A stretch of DNA of 64,000 bases, taken from contig CATQHB010000002.1 in the NCBI GenBank assembly GCA_958295765.1, positions 816,091 through 880,090 of the forward strand, in the 5' to 3' direction. How positions within the stretch are numbered: position 1 is the stretch's first letter; each line of letters starts with the position of its first letter. Source of the DNA: an uncultured Dehalococcoidia bacterium (GTDB lineage Bacteria > Chloroflexota > Dehalococcoidia > Lucifugimonadales > UBA3495). A model generated the notes under the pieces. That model was given only the letters and a program-made list of their open reading frames with translations, did not search any database and was not told the DNA's origin. Shown here piece by piece: positions 42,358-52,294 of the stretch. A program made the position numbers and the translations under genes.

Positions 42358-42771
42358 TTAGCGAACATCCAGCAGTTCCACCTCGAACACCAGGGTTGCC
42401 CCCGGCGGGATGACGTTGGCGGCGCCCCGGTCGCCATAGGCCAGTTCCGGCGGGATGGTCAATTTGCGTTTGCCGCCGACTTTCATCGTGGCAACCCCTT
42501 CGTCCCAGCCCTTGATGACCTGTCCCTGACCAATAGTGAACTCAAAGGGTTGGCCCCGGTCCACCGAACTGTCAAACTTGGCGCCGTCGGTCAGCCAGCC
42601 GGTATAGTGAACCACCGCCGTGGCGCCGGGCCGGGCCGCCGCTCCGTCGCCTACCACCAGTTCCTCAATCTGCAAACCCGATGAGGTAACGGTGGCGTCC
42701 TTCGATGCGTCTCCCGACGAACAAGCGACCAGCGCCAAGGCGAGCAAAAGAATCGACAGAAAGCATTTCAT
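42358..42771 (-). CDS. FKBP-type peptidyl-prolyl isomerase, lipoprotein
   Basis: 137 aa. Lipobox [31 protein letters not shown]. Confidence 0.9.
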   Translation of the reverse strand: MKCFLSILLLALALVACSSGDASKDATVTSSGLQIEELVVGDGAAARPGATAVVHYTGWLTDGAKFDSSVDRGQPFEFTIGQGQVIKGWDEGVATMKVGGKRKLTIPPELAYGDRGAANVIPPGATLVFEVELLDVR

Positions 42772-42801
42772 AAGCGCCTCTTTCTCTAGTCCGGCCGGGT
42801 T

Positions 42802-43278
42802 CTACCGGGTTCGATCGGTCAGATTTACTACAATGGCCTGGGATGCGGCAATCAGGTTGGCCGGCGTCATAATAATCTCCTGCCCCCAGAGGCCGGCGCC
42901 GACGCCCAACTCCGCGTACTCGGTCAGGGCCGCGTCCAAGAAAGAGCGGAACCGGGGCGGCTGCCAGTGAAAGGGTGGAATCGACCCTACCGGGTAGCCG
43001 GTAACTTGCAGCACCCTTTCCGGGGCCGCCAGGCGGATGTTCCGGGAGCCGAGGGCCGCCTTGAGCCGACCGGACACGGCGCTGCGGTCGCCGCCCAGCA
43101 TCACCAGGGCCAATTCCCCGGCGCCGGTCTGGAACAGCAGCGTCTTGACCATCTGGCCCTCCTGAAACCCCAGGGCCTGGGCGACGTTGGCCGCTCCCTT
43201 ATCGGTTTCCGGTGGAAACGCCAGCCGGCGATAGGGTATCCCCCGCTCCTCCAGGTAAATGTGGGCCGGCAAAGTCAT
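42802..43278 (-). CDS. YbaK/EbsC-family aminoacyl-tRNA deacylase
   Basis: 158 aa with a YbaK-like pattern (KTLLFQTG...GYPVGSIPPF). Confidence 0.75.
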   Translation of the reverse strand: MTLPAHIYLEERGIPYRRLAFPPETDKGAANVAQALGFQEGQMVKTLLFQTGAGELALVMLGGDRSAVSGRLKAALGSRNIRLAAPERVLQVTGYPVGSIPPFHWQPPRFRSFLDAALTEYAELGVGAGLWGQEIIMTPANLIAASQAIVVNLTDRTR

Positions 43279-43374
43279 AACGGGAGTAGATTAGGGTATA
43301 TCCGGCGGCAGGTCAATGGCGGGTTGTTGCCGGGCGGGGCAATTGCGTCATAACCCTTCATTCCGGCTATAAAA

Positions 43375-43472
43375 CCGTCGTTCCGGCGAAAGCCGGAATC
43401 CAGAATCCTCGCCTGCCGGCCCGCTCTTTTCCTGGAGGATTTCCTGGATTCCGGCTTTCGCCGGAACGACGG
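43375..43472. repeat. Family-b palindromic element, copy 6
   Basis: Same arms; centre in the inverted orientation. Confidence 0.9.
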
Positions 43473-43493
43473 TTGCTTGGGTTGCCTTGGTTA

Positions 43494-43530
43494 GGATGCG
43501 ATTGCCCGGATTATCCGGGCAATCGCATCC
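43494..43530 (-). terminator. Perfect 16-bp-stem hairpin immediately after the htrA-like stop
   Basis: GGATGCGATTGCCCGG-ATTAT-CCGGGCAATCGCATCC. No U-tract. The GATGCGATTGCCC motif also trails other family-b copies. Confidence 0.4.
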
Positions 43531-43532
43531 GC

Positions 43533-45077
43533 CTACAGCGAACCCGGTCGGACGCCCAACTTAACCTTGATTTCTTCCCGCCCGCCGTCCCGGAGCACTT
43601 CGAGGGTGATTTCCTGGTCGGGCCGGGTGTTGCTGACCAGGTAGGCGATGATGTCGTCGATTCCGAGGATCGGGTTGCCGTCAATGGCAACTACCACGTC
43701 CCCGCCTACCGGCATTTCCAGGCCCTCCATCATCGTCGCCCGGTCGCTGCCTTGCAGGCCGGCCCGGTCGGCCGGGCCGTCGGGCATAATGTCGATAATC
43801 AGCGCCCCCCGGGTTTTCCGGGGCAGGCCCATCTCCTCCGCGATGTCCGGGTTGAGGCTGGAACCGCTGATGCCCAGCCAGGAGTAGTCGAAGTGGCCTT
43901 CGGCCAGCAGCGCCGGAATAATCTGCTTGGCGATGTTGATGGGCACCGCAAAACCGATGCCGGCGCTGGAGCCGGTGCGGCTGATAATCTGGGTATTGAC
44001 CCCAATGACCCGCCCGTTGCGGTCCAGCAGCGGGCCGCCGGAATTGCCGGGATTGATCGGGGCGTCGGTCTGCAAGACCTCCGGGATGGAAAAGGGGCTG
44101 TTGCCGCTGCGGATGGTGCGCCCCACGCCGCTGATGATGCCGCTGGTGATGCTGAATTGCTGCCCGAAGGGATTGCCCAGAGCGGCGGCCACTTGCCCTA
44201 TGTTCACCTGGTCGCTGTCCCCCAGGGCAACCGGCACCAGCACGCCGTCCGGGTCTTGAACTTTCAGCACTGCCAAGTCCGAATCCGGGTCGGTGCCGAG
44301 AACCTCGGCCTCCAGTTCGGTGCGGTCGGCCAGAATTACCGTCACCCGGTCGGCGTCGCTGACCACGTGATGATTGGTAACGACGTGTCCTTCGTTGTCC
44401 CAGACAAAGCCGGAGCCGCCGGAGCGCTCAAAGAAGTCGTCGGGAAGGCCGGGAATGTCCCGCAATTCCGGCCTTTCCGAGCCGGTGCCGAAGTTTCGAG
44501 ACACCTTTACCAGCACTACCGAGGGCAGCGCGGTGTCGTAAATGTCCTTTAACACCTGCTCGTGGGCCGCCACAACCGACATAGGGTCCAGCCCGGCCCA
44601 GCCGGCGGCGGTTCCCGACCCCTGGTTATGCTGAGCCGCCGGTACGCCCTCGTTCTCATTGTTAGCGGTATCGAAACTATCCAGCGATACCGCGTCAACT
44701 TCACCGGCCGGGTTCGACGGGTGCATCGGAGCGGTATTGCGCTGCGGGGCGTCTCCCGGCGACGGCGACTTTGTTCCGTCCTCCAGGTTCGCCGGAGCAA
44801 CTACCCGGGCCTGGGACTCGGCCGGGGGCGCCGGAATAAGGCTGCCGTTCCGTTCCGCCGGGGGCGGCCCTTCCGAAAGCGCCGAGTAAGAGAACCAATC
44901 GCCGGCGCGCTCAGCGTTCCCCTGGGAAAAGTCGGGCTGAAGGAAGGAGCAGCCGGCCAAGGAAAGCCCCAACACCAGGGCCAGGGCCAGAATCGGGAAA
45001 ACCCGGAGCCGCCGCCGTAAGCCGCCGCTCCCTTTTATCGTTGAACTACAAAGCAATGCGTCAGACCGGTGCTGCAC
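43533..45077 (-). CDS. HtrA/DegP-family serine protease with PDZ domain
   Basis: 514 aa. Triad contexts TNHHVV, DLAVLKV, GNSGGPLL. GTG start after AAGGAGG. N-terminal TM/lipobox and a low-complexity linker. Confidence 0.9.
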   Translation of the reverse strand: MQHRSDALLCSSTIKGSGGLRRRLRVFPILALALVLGLSLAGCSFLQPDFSQGNAERAGDWFSYSALSEGPPPAERNGSLIPAPPAESQARVVAPANLEDGTKSPSPGDAPQRNTAPMHPSNPAGEVDAVSLDSFDTANNENEGVPAAQHNQGSGTAAGWAGLDPMSVVAAHEQVLKDIYDTALPSVVLVKVSRNFGTGSERPELRDIPGLPDDFFERSGGSGFVWDNEGHVVTNHHVVSDADRVTVILADRTELEAEVLGTDPDSDLAVLKVQDPDGVLVPVALGDSDQVNIGQVAAALGNPFGQQFSITSGIISGVGRTIRSGNSPFSIPEVLQTDAPINPGNSGGPLLDRNGRVIGVNTQIISRTGSSAGIGFAVPINIAKQIIPALLAEGHFDYSWLGISGSSLNPDIAEEMGLPRKTRGALIIDIMPDGPADRAGLQGSDRATMMEGLEMPVGGDVVVAIDGNPILGIDDIIAYLVSNTRPDQEITLEVLRDGGREEIKVKLGVRPGSL

Positions 45078-45447
45078 GATTATCCTCCTTTACAAGTCAA
45101 TGAATCCAAGTTAATCGAGTTAATGCACTGAGGCCCCGGATGGGTATATTTTCAGTATAACCCAGGGCAATCCCATCTTAAAATCCTGGTTGGCGATGAG
45201 ACTTTTAACCACCGAGGTATAGAGTAACGCAGAGATCCCCCCGGATTCCCTGCGTAGTTACGCGCGCTCCGGGTATCCAGGGTGCAAAATCCCCGCTTGT
45301 TTATTGTTACGAACCGGCGGACGGGGGTGGATTTACCGCCCCCGCCGTGATTGAAAATCCGGTGTAGCTATGCTACCTTAATCCAGCGAATCCGGCGATT
45401 GGGACGCCGGCGCCGCTCTATCGGGAGCGCGGGGAGAGAGCAGACTA

Positions 45448-47253
45448 ATGGCGGAAGGTTCCCTGAACGGGGGCAAGGGAAATGGTATCGAGTGGCTGCC
45501 CTGGAGCAAGCCGGCCTTCGACCGCGCCCAGCAGGAAGACAAGCCGGTGCTTTTATCCATTTCCGCCGTTTGGTGCTATTGGTGCCGGGTGATGGAAGAA
45601 ACTACCTACGTTGATGAGGACGTGGTTAGCCTAGTCAATAACAACTTCGTGCCGGTGCTGGTGGAGAATGACCACCGGCCCGACGTGAACGCCCGCTACA
45701 ACGTAGGGGGGTGGCCCACCACCGCCTTTCTGACGCCCCACGGTGGTTATATCGCCGGGGCCACCTATCTAGCGCCGGACCAGTTGCTGGCGATGCTGCT
45801 GGAGGTGCAACGGGCTTACGCTGAGGACAAGCCGGGCCTTTATGACCAGGCCGCCCAGTTGCAGCGGCAGCGGCAGGACTATGTGAATCGAGTTGCCGCC
45901 GGCCCGGAACTGACCCACCGGCAGGTTGACCTGATTGCCCGGCGAATGACCGGGGCCTACGATGCCCGTTGCGGCGGTTTTGGCGAAGAACCCAAGTTTC
46001 CCTCGGCGCCCATTCTCCAATTCCTGCTGCACCTGCTCCGCACCACCGGGGAGGACTTTTACCGGGCGATGCTGGTAAAAACCCTGGACGGCATCATCGC
46101 CGGCGAGCTTTACGATGCGGTGGACGGCGGGTTTTTCCGCTACTGCGCTCAAGCCGACTGGACTGAGGCCCAGCACGAAAAGATGCTGGAGGACAACATC
46201 AACCTGGCCCGGGTTTTCCTGGATGCCGGGCTGCTGTTGGACAACGGGGAATACCAACGGGTCGCCGCGCAGACCATTGATTACCTGCGGTTCGTCCTGT
46301 ATGACGCCGGGGCCGGCGGGTTCAGCGGCAGCCAGGGCGCCCATTCCGAGTATTTTGGCCGCTCCGGGGAAGACCGCCGGGGGCAAGCGGCGCCGGCCCC
46401 GGACAGCTTTTGCTATACCAACTGGACTTGCCAGGCGGTTTCCCTGCTGCTGGAGGCTGCTTGGAAGTTGCCTTGTCCCGAATTGAACGATTTGGCCCTG
46501 GGGATATTGGATCGAATCGCCGGCGACGCAGATCGGGGCCGCTTGCCCCATGCCTTTGACCGGGCCGGCCAACCCTCGCCCCAACTGACGGTGGCAGGAG
46601 ACCTGTTGTGCGATTGGGCGGCGCTGCTCAACGCCCTAGTGGACGCCTATAACTGTTGCCCTGGTCGGCCCGATTACTTGCAACGGGCAACGGCGGCGGC
46701 GGCGGAACTGGAACGGCGCTTTTACGATGCCGGCAAGGGCGGTTTCTTTGACACAGAGCTTGACCCGGAAGCCGTCGGTTACCTGCGGGTGCGGGAAAAA
46801 CCGCTCCAGGATAACGTCCTGGCCGCCCAGGCCCTGCTGAAACTCTACCAGGCCACCCAGGACTCGCAATACCAGTTGCGGGCGGAGAACGTCCTGAGCG
46901 CCTTTGTCGAGGCCAACCGGGACTATGGCGAACACGCCGCCGGGTTTGCCGCCGCCATTGACTATTTCCTGCACCCGCCGGTGGAGATAACTATTGAGGG
47001 AACGCCCGGCGCGGTTGATACTCAAGCCCTGGTGGGCGCGGCGGCCCGGCTGGACTACCCCAACCTGATAATCAAGCCGGCAATAACGGAAACGGAGCCG
47101 GGCCGCGGGGCGGCGCTGGCCCACGTTTGCCTCGATACCGTCTGCTTTCCGCCGGTCAGCCAGCCGGCCGCCCTGGCCGAGTCGGTAGCCGAGGCGCTGG
47201 AGGGCCGGGAAAGCCCGGTAGAGAACATATTTGAGCGATTTGCCGGCTTTTGA
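45448..47253 (+). CDS. Thioredoxin-domain protein of the DUF255/YyaL family
   Basis: 601 aa. N-terminal KPVLLSISAVWCYWCRVME, followed by a long alpha/alpha-toroid-like region. Confidence 0.85.
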   Translation: MAEGSLNGGKGNGIEWLPWSKPAFDRAQQEDKPVLLSISAVWCYWCRVMEETTYVDEDVVSLVNNNFVPVLVENDHRPDVNARYNVGGWPTTAFLTPHGGYIAGATYLAPDQLLAMLLEVQRAYAEDKPGLYDQAAQLQRQRQDYVNRVAAGPELTHRQVDLIARRMTGAYDARCGGFGEEPKFPSAPILQFLLHLLRTTGEDFYRAMLVKTLDGIIAGELYDAVDGGFFRYCAQADWTEAQHEKMLEDNINLARVFLDAGLLLDNGEYQRVAAQTIDYLRFVLYDAGAGGFSGSQGAHSEYFGRSGEDRRGQAAPAPDSFCYTNWTCQAVSLLLEAAWKLPCPELNDLALGILDRIAGDADRGRLPHAFDRAGQPSPQLTVAGDLLCDWAALLNALVDAYNCCPGRPDYLQRATAAAAELERRFYDAGKGGFFDTELDPEAVGYLRVREKPLQDNVLAAQALLKLYQATQDSQYQLRAENVLSAFVEANRDYGEHAAGFAAAIDYFLHPPVEITIEGTPGAVDTQALVGAAARLDYPNLIIKPAITETEPGRGAALAHVCLDTVCFPPVSQPAALAESVAEALEGRESPVENIFERFAGF

Positions 47254-49121
47254 CCCGGCCCGCTATACGTCCCGGAAACACCGGGGCCGGAACTCCCAAT
47301 ACCGGAACTAAACTGGAACACAGGAGGCCACCGCTGAAAAGCGCAAGTTGTAACGACCTTGGTGAAGCCCATATTGACCGCCGCCATACCCTGGCCGGCT
47401 GGGTAGGCCGCCGCCGCGACCATGGCGGAATAATTTTTGTTGACCTGCGCGACCGTTCCGGCGTGGTGCAGGTTGTCTTTAACCCGGAACTGGCCCCGGA
47501 CGCCTACCGGACGGCTGAACAGTTGCGCTCCGAGTGGGTCATTGAGGTGCAGGGCGACGTGGCCCGCCGTCCCCCCGGCTCAGAGAACCCGGCCCTGCCC
47601 ACCGGAACTATTGAGGTCATTGCGCGGGAAGTCCGAGTGCTCAATTCCTCGCTGACCCCGCCCTTCTACATCACCGATGAAGTAGAGGCCGATGAAAGTC
47701 TGCGGCTGAAATATCGCTACCTGGACCTGCGCCGCCCTGAAATGCAGCGCAACCTGATCCTGCGCCACCAGGTAGTCAAGTATATCCGCGATTTTCTGGA
47801 TTCCCGGGGATTCCTGGAGATTGAGACGCCCATCCTGATTAAGAGCACTCCTGAGGGCGCCCGGGATTACCTGGTGCCCAGCCGGTTGCAGAAGGGCAGC
47901 TTTTATGCGCTGCCCCAGTCGCCCCAGCAATTAAAGCAGTTGTTGATGGTGGCCGGGGTGGAAAAGTATTTCCAGATTGCCCGCTGTTTCCGGGATGAGG
48001 ACTTGCGCGCCGACCGCCAGCCGGAGTTCACCCAGCTTGACCTGGAAATGAGCTTCGTTGACCAGGAGGACGTGCTGGCGCTGACCGAGGAGCTTTATAC
48101 CGGGATGATAGAATCGCTGACCCCGGAAAAGAAGCTGATTAAGCCTTTCCCCCGCTTGCCCTACGCCGAGGCGATGGCCCGCTACGGCAGCGACAAGCCC
48201 GACTTGCGTTTTGGCCTGGAAATGACCGACGTTACCGACCTGGCCGGGGAAACCGAGTTTCGGGTGTTCCGCTCCACCATTGAGCAGGGGGGCATCGTCA
48301 AGGGGCTGGTGGCGCCGGGGCAGGCCCACTATACCGGCTCGGATCTGCGCCGGCTGGAGGAAACCGCCCGGGAGTTCGGCGCCGGGGGAATGAGCCACCT
48401 CCGGCTGCAAGGGGACGGTTCCTTGGAGAACCTGTCTGAGGAAAATATCCTGCTTTCTCCCGGCTTGCGGATGCCGGCCGAATGGAGCCGCCGCCTGGCG
48501 GCGCGAATGGGCGCCCAACCCGGCGACCTGATACTGCTGATGGCCGGCCCGGCCAACCGGGTGAACCTGTGGCTCAGCGCGATGCGCAACTACCTGGGCG
48601 AGCGGCTGGGGTTGATTGATGACCAACTCCTTTCCTTCGCCTTCCTTACCGGCTTTCCCCTGTTCGATTGGGATGAGACCAACGGGCGGTGGGATTCGTC
48701 CCACCACCCCTTTACCGCGCCGGCGGACGGCAAAGAGCCGCTGCTGGACGGCGCCGAGTTGGGCAACATCGAATCCAAAGCCTACGACCTGGTTTGCAAC
48801 GGCTCGGAACTGGCAAGCGGCAGCATCCGAATTCACCGGCGCGAACTCCAGGAGAAAATCTTTGCCATCCTGGGTTACAGCAAAGAGCAGGTGGAGGAGC
48901 GGTTCGGCCACATTCTGGAAGCCTTTGAGTACGGCGCCCCGCCTCACGGGGGCATTGCGCCGGGGATTGACCGCCTGGTAACCATCCTGGCCGGGGCCGA
49001 CTCCATCCGCGACGTAATCGCCTTCCCCAAAACCCAGAGCGGGGCCGACTTGCTGTTTGGCGCGCCGGCCCCGGTGGATGCGGCACAGCTTAGAGACTTG
49101 TCCCTGCGGTTGGTGGAATAA
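47250..49121 (+). CDS. aspS: Aspartate-tRNA ligase (start uncertain; CTG at 47334 is the best-placed candidate)
   Basis: Class II motifs FRDEDLRADRQPEFTQLD and GGIAPGIDR. The ORF is open from the TTG at 47250. AGGAGG lies 6 nt before the in-frame CTG at 47334. Confidence 0.9.
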   Translation: MTRPAIRPGNTGAGTPNTGTKLEHRRPPLKSASCNDLGEAHIDRRHTLAGWVGRRRDHGGIIFVDLRDRSGVVQVVFNPELAPDAYRTAEQLRSEWVIEVQGDVARRPPGSENPALPTGTIEVIAREVRVLNSSLTPPFYITDEVEADESLRLKYRYLDLRRPEMQRNLILRHQVVKYIRDFLDSRGFLEIETPILIKSTPEGARDYLVPSRLQKGSFYALPQSPQQLKQLLMVAGVEKYFQIARCFRDEDLRADRQPEFTQLDLEMSFVDQEDVLALTEELYTGMIESLTPEKKLIKPFPRLPYAEAMARYGSDKPDLRFGLEMTDVTDLAGETEFRVFRSTIEQGGIVKGLVAPGQAHYTGSDLRRLEETAREFGAGGMSHLRLQGDGSLENLSEENILLSPGLRMPAEWSRRLAARMGAQPGDLILLMAGPANRVNLWLSAMRNYLGERLGLIDDQLLSFAFLTGFPLFDWDETNGRWDSSHHPFTAPADGKEPLLDGAELGNIESKAYDLVCNGSELASGSIRIHRRELQEKIFAILGYSKEQVEERFGHILEAFEYGAPPHGGIAPGIDRLVTILAGADSIRDVIAFPKTQSGADLLFGAPAPVDAAQLRDLSLRLVE

Positions 49122-49150
49122 CCGGGGCAAATCTCGATGCCAGAACAATG

Positions 49151-49222
49151 TCGCTCATGGTGAGCTTGTCGAACCACTCATCCTGTCCGGGATTTATCCT
49201 TCGACAAGCTCAGGATGAGCGG
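49151..49222. repeat. Family-a hairpin element
   Basis: TCGCTCATGGTGAGCTTGTCGAACCAC...CCTTCGACAAGCTCAGGATGAGCGG. Confidence 0.85.
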
Positions 49223-49324
49223 TAAGCAAATGCAACTCAACTCTGCGCCGGCCCTGGCAGAATAAACCGGCTCACCCGAAATAAACCAGGCACGATAACC
49301 AAGCGTTACTGAGGAGGTAACCGC

Positions 49325-50524
49325 ATGGCAACCTCGAATTCCTTCAGCTACGATGACCTGTATTCCCGGAACTCTATCGCCATTCCCCGGGCGGAAAACC
49401 GCCACGCCAAGTACGACTTTGCGGTGGCCTACCCTGACCCGGAAACTTTGCCCCTGGACGGTCTGGCCGAGTCGCTCAAAACGGCGTTGGAGCGGGAAGG
49501 CAAGGGCCTGGCCCTCTACCCGGTTTCCGCCGGCCTGCCCTCGCTGCGGGAATGGGTGGCGGAAAGGCTGACCCGGGAGCGGAATATGCAGGTCAGCCCG
49601 GAGGATATTGTCCTGACCTCCGGCTCCGGCGAGGCCATATCAATGCTGATTGCCGCCCTGACCGATCCGGGCGACGTGCTGCTGACCGAGGAGTACGTTT
49701 ACCTGGGAACCCTGCGGGCCATGCGCCGGTTCGGGGCCGACGTGCGCAGCGTCAAGTGCGACAACGACGGCATCATCCCGGAGGAGCTGGAAACCACCCT
49801 GTCCGGGCTGGCCGCCGAGGGCCGGAAGGTAAAGTTCCTCTACACCATTCCGGTATTTCAGAACCCCTTGGGCTGGACGATGAGCCTGGAACGCCGCATC
49901 AAGACCCTGGAAATTACCCAGAAGTACGGCGTGCCGGTGCTGGAGGATGACTGCTACGTGGACTTGCGGTTTGAGGGTGAGGACGTTACCTCTTTCCATT
50001 CCCTGGACGACACCGGCCGCGTCCTCTACGTCGGTTCCTTCTCCAAGATAGTGGCGCCGGGCGTGCGGCTGGGCTATATGGTGGCGCCCCCGGAGGTTAT
50101 CCAGCGGGCGATGAGTTTCAAGGGCGGCGGCGGCGTCAACCAGTTCGCGGCGCTGGCGGTCCAGGAGTACGCCGCCGGCCACATGGATCGGCATATCGAG
50201 GAGCAGAACCAGGCCCTGCGCGTCAAGCGGGACGCTATGCTTTCCGCTTTGGGGGAGAATTTCGGCGACGCCGCCCAGTGGAGCAAACCGGAAGGGGGCC
50301 TGTACGTCTGGCTGGAAATGCCGGAAGGCACCGACCTGGCCGGGTTGCAGGAGCCGGTCTTTAATCAGGGCGTGGGCTACTACAACGGCACGATGTTCTC
50401 CCCGGAGGGGCGCGGCGCCAACTGCGCCCGGCTCTGTTTCGGCCACCCCACGGCGGAAACCGTCTCCGAGGGAATCGCCGAGTTAGCCCGTATCCTGGAG
50501 GGACACGGCGTTTTGCGGGCCTAA
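49325..50524 (+). CDS. PLP-dependent aminotransferase (class I/II fold)
   Basis: 399 aa. SFSKIVAPGVRLGY (PLP-lysine context). GGAGG SD. Confidence 0.85.
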   Translation: MATSNSFSYDDLYSRNSIAIPRAENRHAKYDFAVAYPDPETLPLDGLAESLKTALEREGKGLALYPVSAGLPSLREWVAERLTRERNMQVSPEDIVLTSGSGEAISMLIAALTDPGDVLLTEEYVYLGTLRAMRRFGADVRSVKCDNDGIIPEELETTLSGLAAEGRKVKFLYTIPVFQNPLGWTMSLERRIKTLEITQKYGVPVLEDDCYVDLRFEGEDVTSFHSLDDTGRVLYVGSFSKIVAPGVRLGYMVAPPEVIQRAMSFKGGGGVNQFAALAVQEYAAGHMDRHIEEQNQALRVKRDAMLSALGENFGDAAQWSKPEGGLYVWLEMPEGTDLAGLQEPVFNQGVGYYNGTMFSPEGRGANCARLCFGHPTAETVSEGIAELARILEGHGVLRA

Positions 50525-50542
50525 CTGGCAAGGGGCGTTTTG

Positions 50543-50637
50543 GGTATTCTCAACAGGTGTTGGTATTATTATCACGGTAGGGGCGGGTTTGTAACCCGCC
50601 CCTACCGTACACCGAAACCGGGGGTGAAACCCGCCCC
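50543..50637. mobile_element. Truncated family-c MITE (left TIR plus core hairpin only)
   Basis: GGTATTCTCAACAGGTGTTGG, then GTAGGGGCGGGTTTGTAACCCGCCCCTAC. No right TIR. Confidence 0.65.
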
Positions 50638-50651
50638 CTTGACCGGTTTCC

Positions 50652-51827
50652 CTAATCGTCGGCGCTGGCCGCCTTTTCCGGTACGCCGGCCTCGTGGCCG
50701 TTGCGGAAGGCAAAGCGGGCTACCAGGTCGCCGATGCTCTGCCGGAAACCGGAGTATTCCAGTTCGCCGTAGGGCAGCATGGCCGCGCCCGACCAACCCT
50801 GAGAGCGCATCTCAATGCCCTTTTGCTGGGCCAGCAACCGCACGTGATCCCAGGAGGGATTATCGAAGAAGTCGATGCTGGAGTCGGCAAACGTCCCGTC
50901 GGCGGCAATGGAAAAGCCTACGCAGGACACCAGGGGCAGGCAATACATCCCGGTTACCGGGGTATTGATGGGCACCGGCATCAGGGGCATTACGTGGGAA
51001 CCCCGGGCGTCGCCGCCGATGTAGTGGGCCTTGGCGTAGGGAGAGGTAAGCTCCTCGGGCGCCGGGAAGATGCCCTGATTCCGTACTACTGCCACCGGGT
51101 CATCCTTGCCGGTATAGCTGCCGGCGATGTTGTGCAGGCGGGTGGCGGAGATGGCCGCCGCCGTCTGGCCGGAGTAGCGGGAAACGATGGAGTCAATGCC
51201 GAACCGCTCGTTGTCCCGCAGCAGCACCGCCAGCTTGTAGTAGTCCTCCGGGGCATTGAGGGCAATGATGCTGTCGCCGCCGGTATTGTCCATATCGATG
51301 ATGTTGAAGGTAAAGCCCTCGCTCAGCCGGGGCAGCATCAGCCCGGCGCAATACATCGGGTCGGCAAAACCGAGAAACATCGGCAGGTTATAGGCGCCGG
51401 GGCCGCACTTGTCCGCCGCCAGCACAAAGAAAGACTCGGCCGGCCGGAGCGGGTTGGTCTTAATCGGGTCGTGGTCAAACTCCACCTCGGCCACCGCCGG
51501 CCCGGCGCCCCGGATATTGCCCGAAGGAGCGTCGGCCAGCAAATCCTGGCCGGCGCCGTAAAGGCCGTACTCCCGCGCAATGTCGGTGGCCTTCAGGAAA
51601 GTAGTCCAGGCAAACTGGTGAACGTCGGTGTCGTTAGGCCCCCGGGTATGGGTGGTAGTCATGCAGATGTCGTCGCCGGTATGCCCCACGTAGCCGTCAA
51701 TCAGCAGGCCGCTGCTGATGGCCTCGGCTACCGCCTCCGCCACGGCGTCCATCATCCGCTGGGACGGTTTGGTATGACCGCCTATTGAGCCAACGTCAGC
51801 CTTGAGGACAGAAATGGTAAGTTTCAT
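50652..51827 (-). CDS. fbp: Bifunctional fructose-1,6-bisphosphate aldolase/phosphatase (class V, archaeal type)
   Basis: MKLTISVLKADVGSIGGHTKP N-terminus and overall pattern. AAGGAG SD before the ATG at 51827. Confidence 0.85.
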   Translation of the reverse strand: MKLTISVLKADVGSIGGHTKPSQRMMDAVAEAVAEAISSGLLIDGYVGHTGDDICMTTTHTRGPNDTDVHQFAWTTFLKATDIAREYGLYGAGQDLLADAPSGNIRGAGPAVAEVEFDHDPIKTNPLRPAESFFVLAADKCGPGAYNLPMFLGFADPMYCAGLMLPRLSEGFTFNIIDMDNTGGDSIIALNAPEDYYKLAVLLRDNERFGIDSIVSRYSGQTAAAISATRLHNIAGSYTGKDDPVAVVRNQGIFPAPEELTSPYAKAHYIGGDARGSHVMPLMPVPINTPVTGMYCLPLVSCVGFSIAADGTFADSSIDFFDNPSWDHVRLLAQQKGIEMRSQGWSGAAMLPYGELEYSGFRQSIGDLVARFAFRNGHEAGVPEKAASADD

Positions 51828-52005
51828 AACCGTCTCCTTGTTGTGTGAACCCACACTGTATCGGGTTTACCGGCTGATTTAAGGACATCCATCAAGCAGT
51901 TTTACAGCCCCGGATTATAGCAACATTGCGGTAAAGGGTCAAACGGGACAGCTACGGCGGGGGGCAAGCGCGTCTTATTATGGCAACCCAGCTAACCGCA
52001 ACTAA

Positions 52006-52102
52006 CCGTCGTTCCGGCGAAAGCCGGAATCCAGGAAATCCCCCGGAAAAGGGCGTGCCGGCTACCGAGGGTTCTGGATTCCGGCTTTCGCCGGAACGAC
52101 GG
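52006..52102. repeat. Family-b palindromic element, copy 7
   Basis: Same arms as the other family-b copies. Confidence 0.9.
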
Positions 52103-52157
52103 GTTTGTGCTGCGATTGCCTTGAGCTACCCCGCGGGGCCGGGGCAAAATCCGTAGT

Positions 52158-52253
52158 CCGCTCATCCTGAGCTTGTCGAAGGATAAACGGGTGGTTCGAC
52201 AGGCTCACCATGAGCGGTTGCATTGGGGTAAATACTCCGCTCACCATGAGCGG
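52158..52253. repeat. Cluster of family-a half-elements
   Basis: CCGCTCATCCTGAGCTTGTCGAAGGAT, GTGGTTCGACAGGCTCACCATGAGCGG and CCGCTCACCATGAGCGG. Confidence 0.85.
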
Positions 52254-52294
52254 TTGCCTGATGTAATTTCGGGAATTGAAAGCCCCCGTCTGGT

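Noticed and set aside
45078-45447. Possible regulatory RNA in the 370-bp htrA / DUF255 divergent region
   Set aside because: The region contains only short hairpins and a fragment of the ACGCAGAGAT-type repeat. I saw no recognisable riboswitch or sRNA signature.
47254-47333. T-box or other leader upstream of aspS
   Set aside because: No intergenic space exists. The aspS frame abuts the upstream gene and I see no specifier or antiterminator structure.
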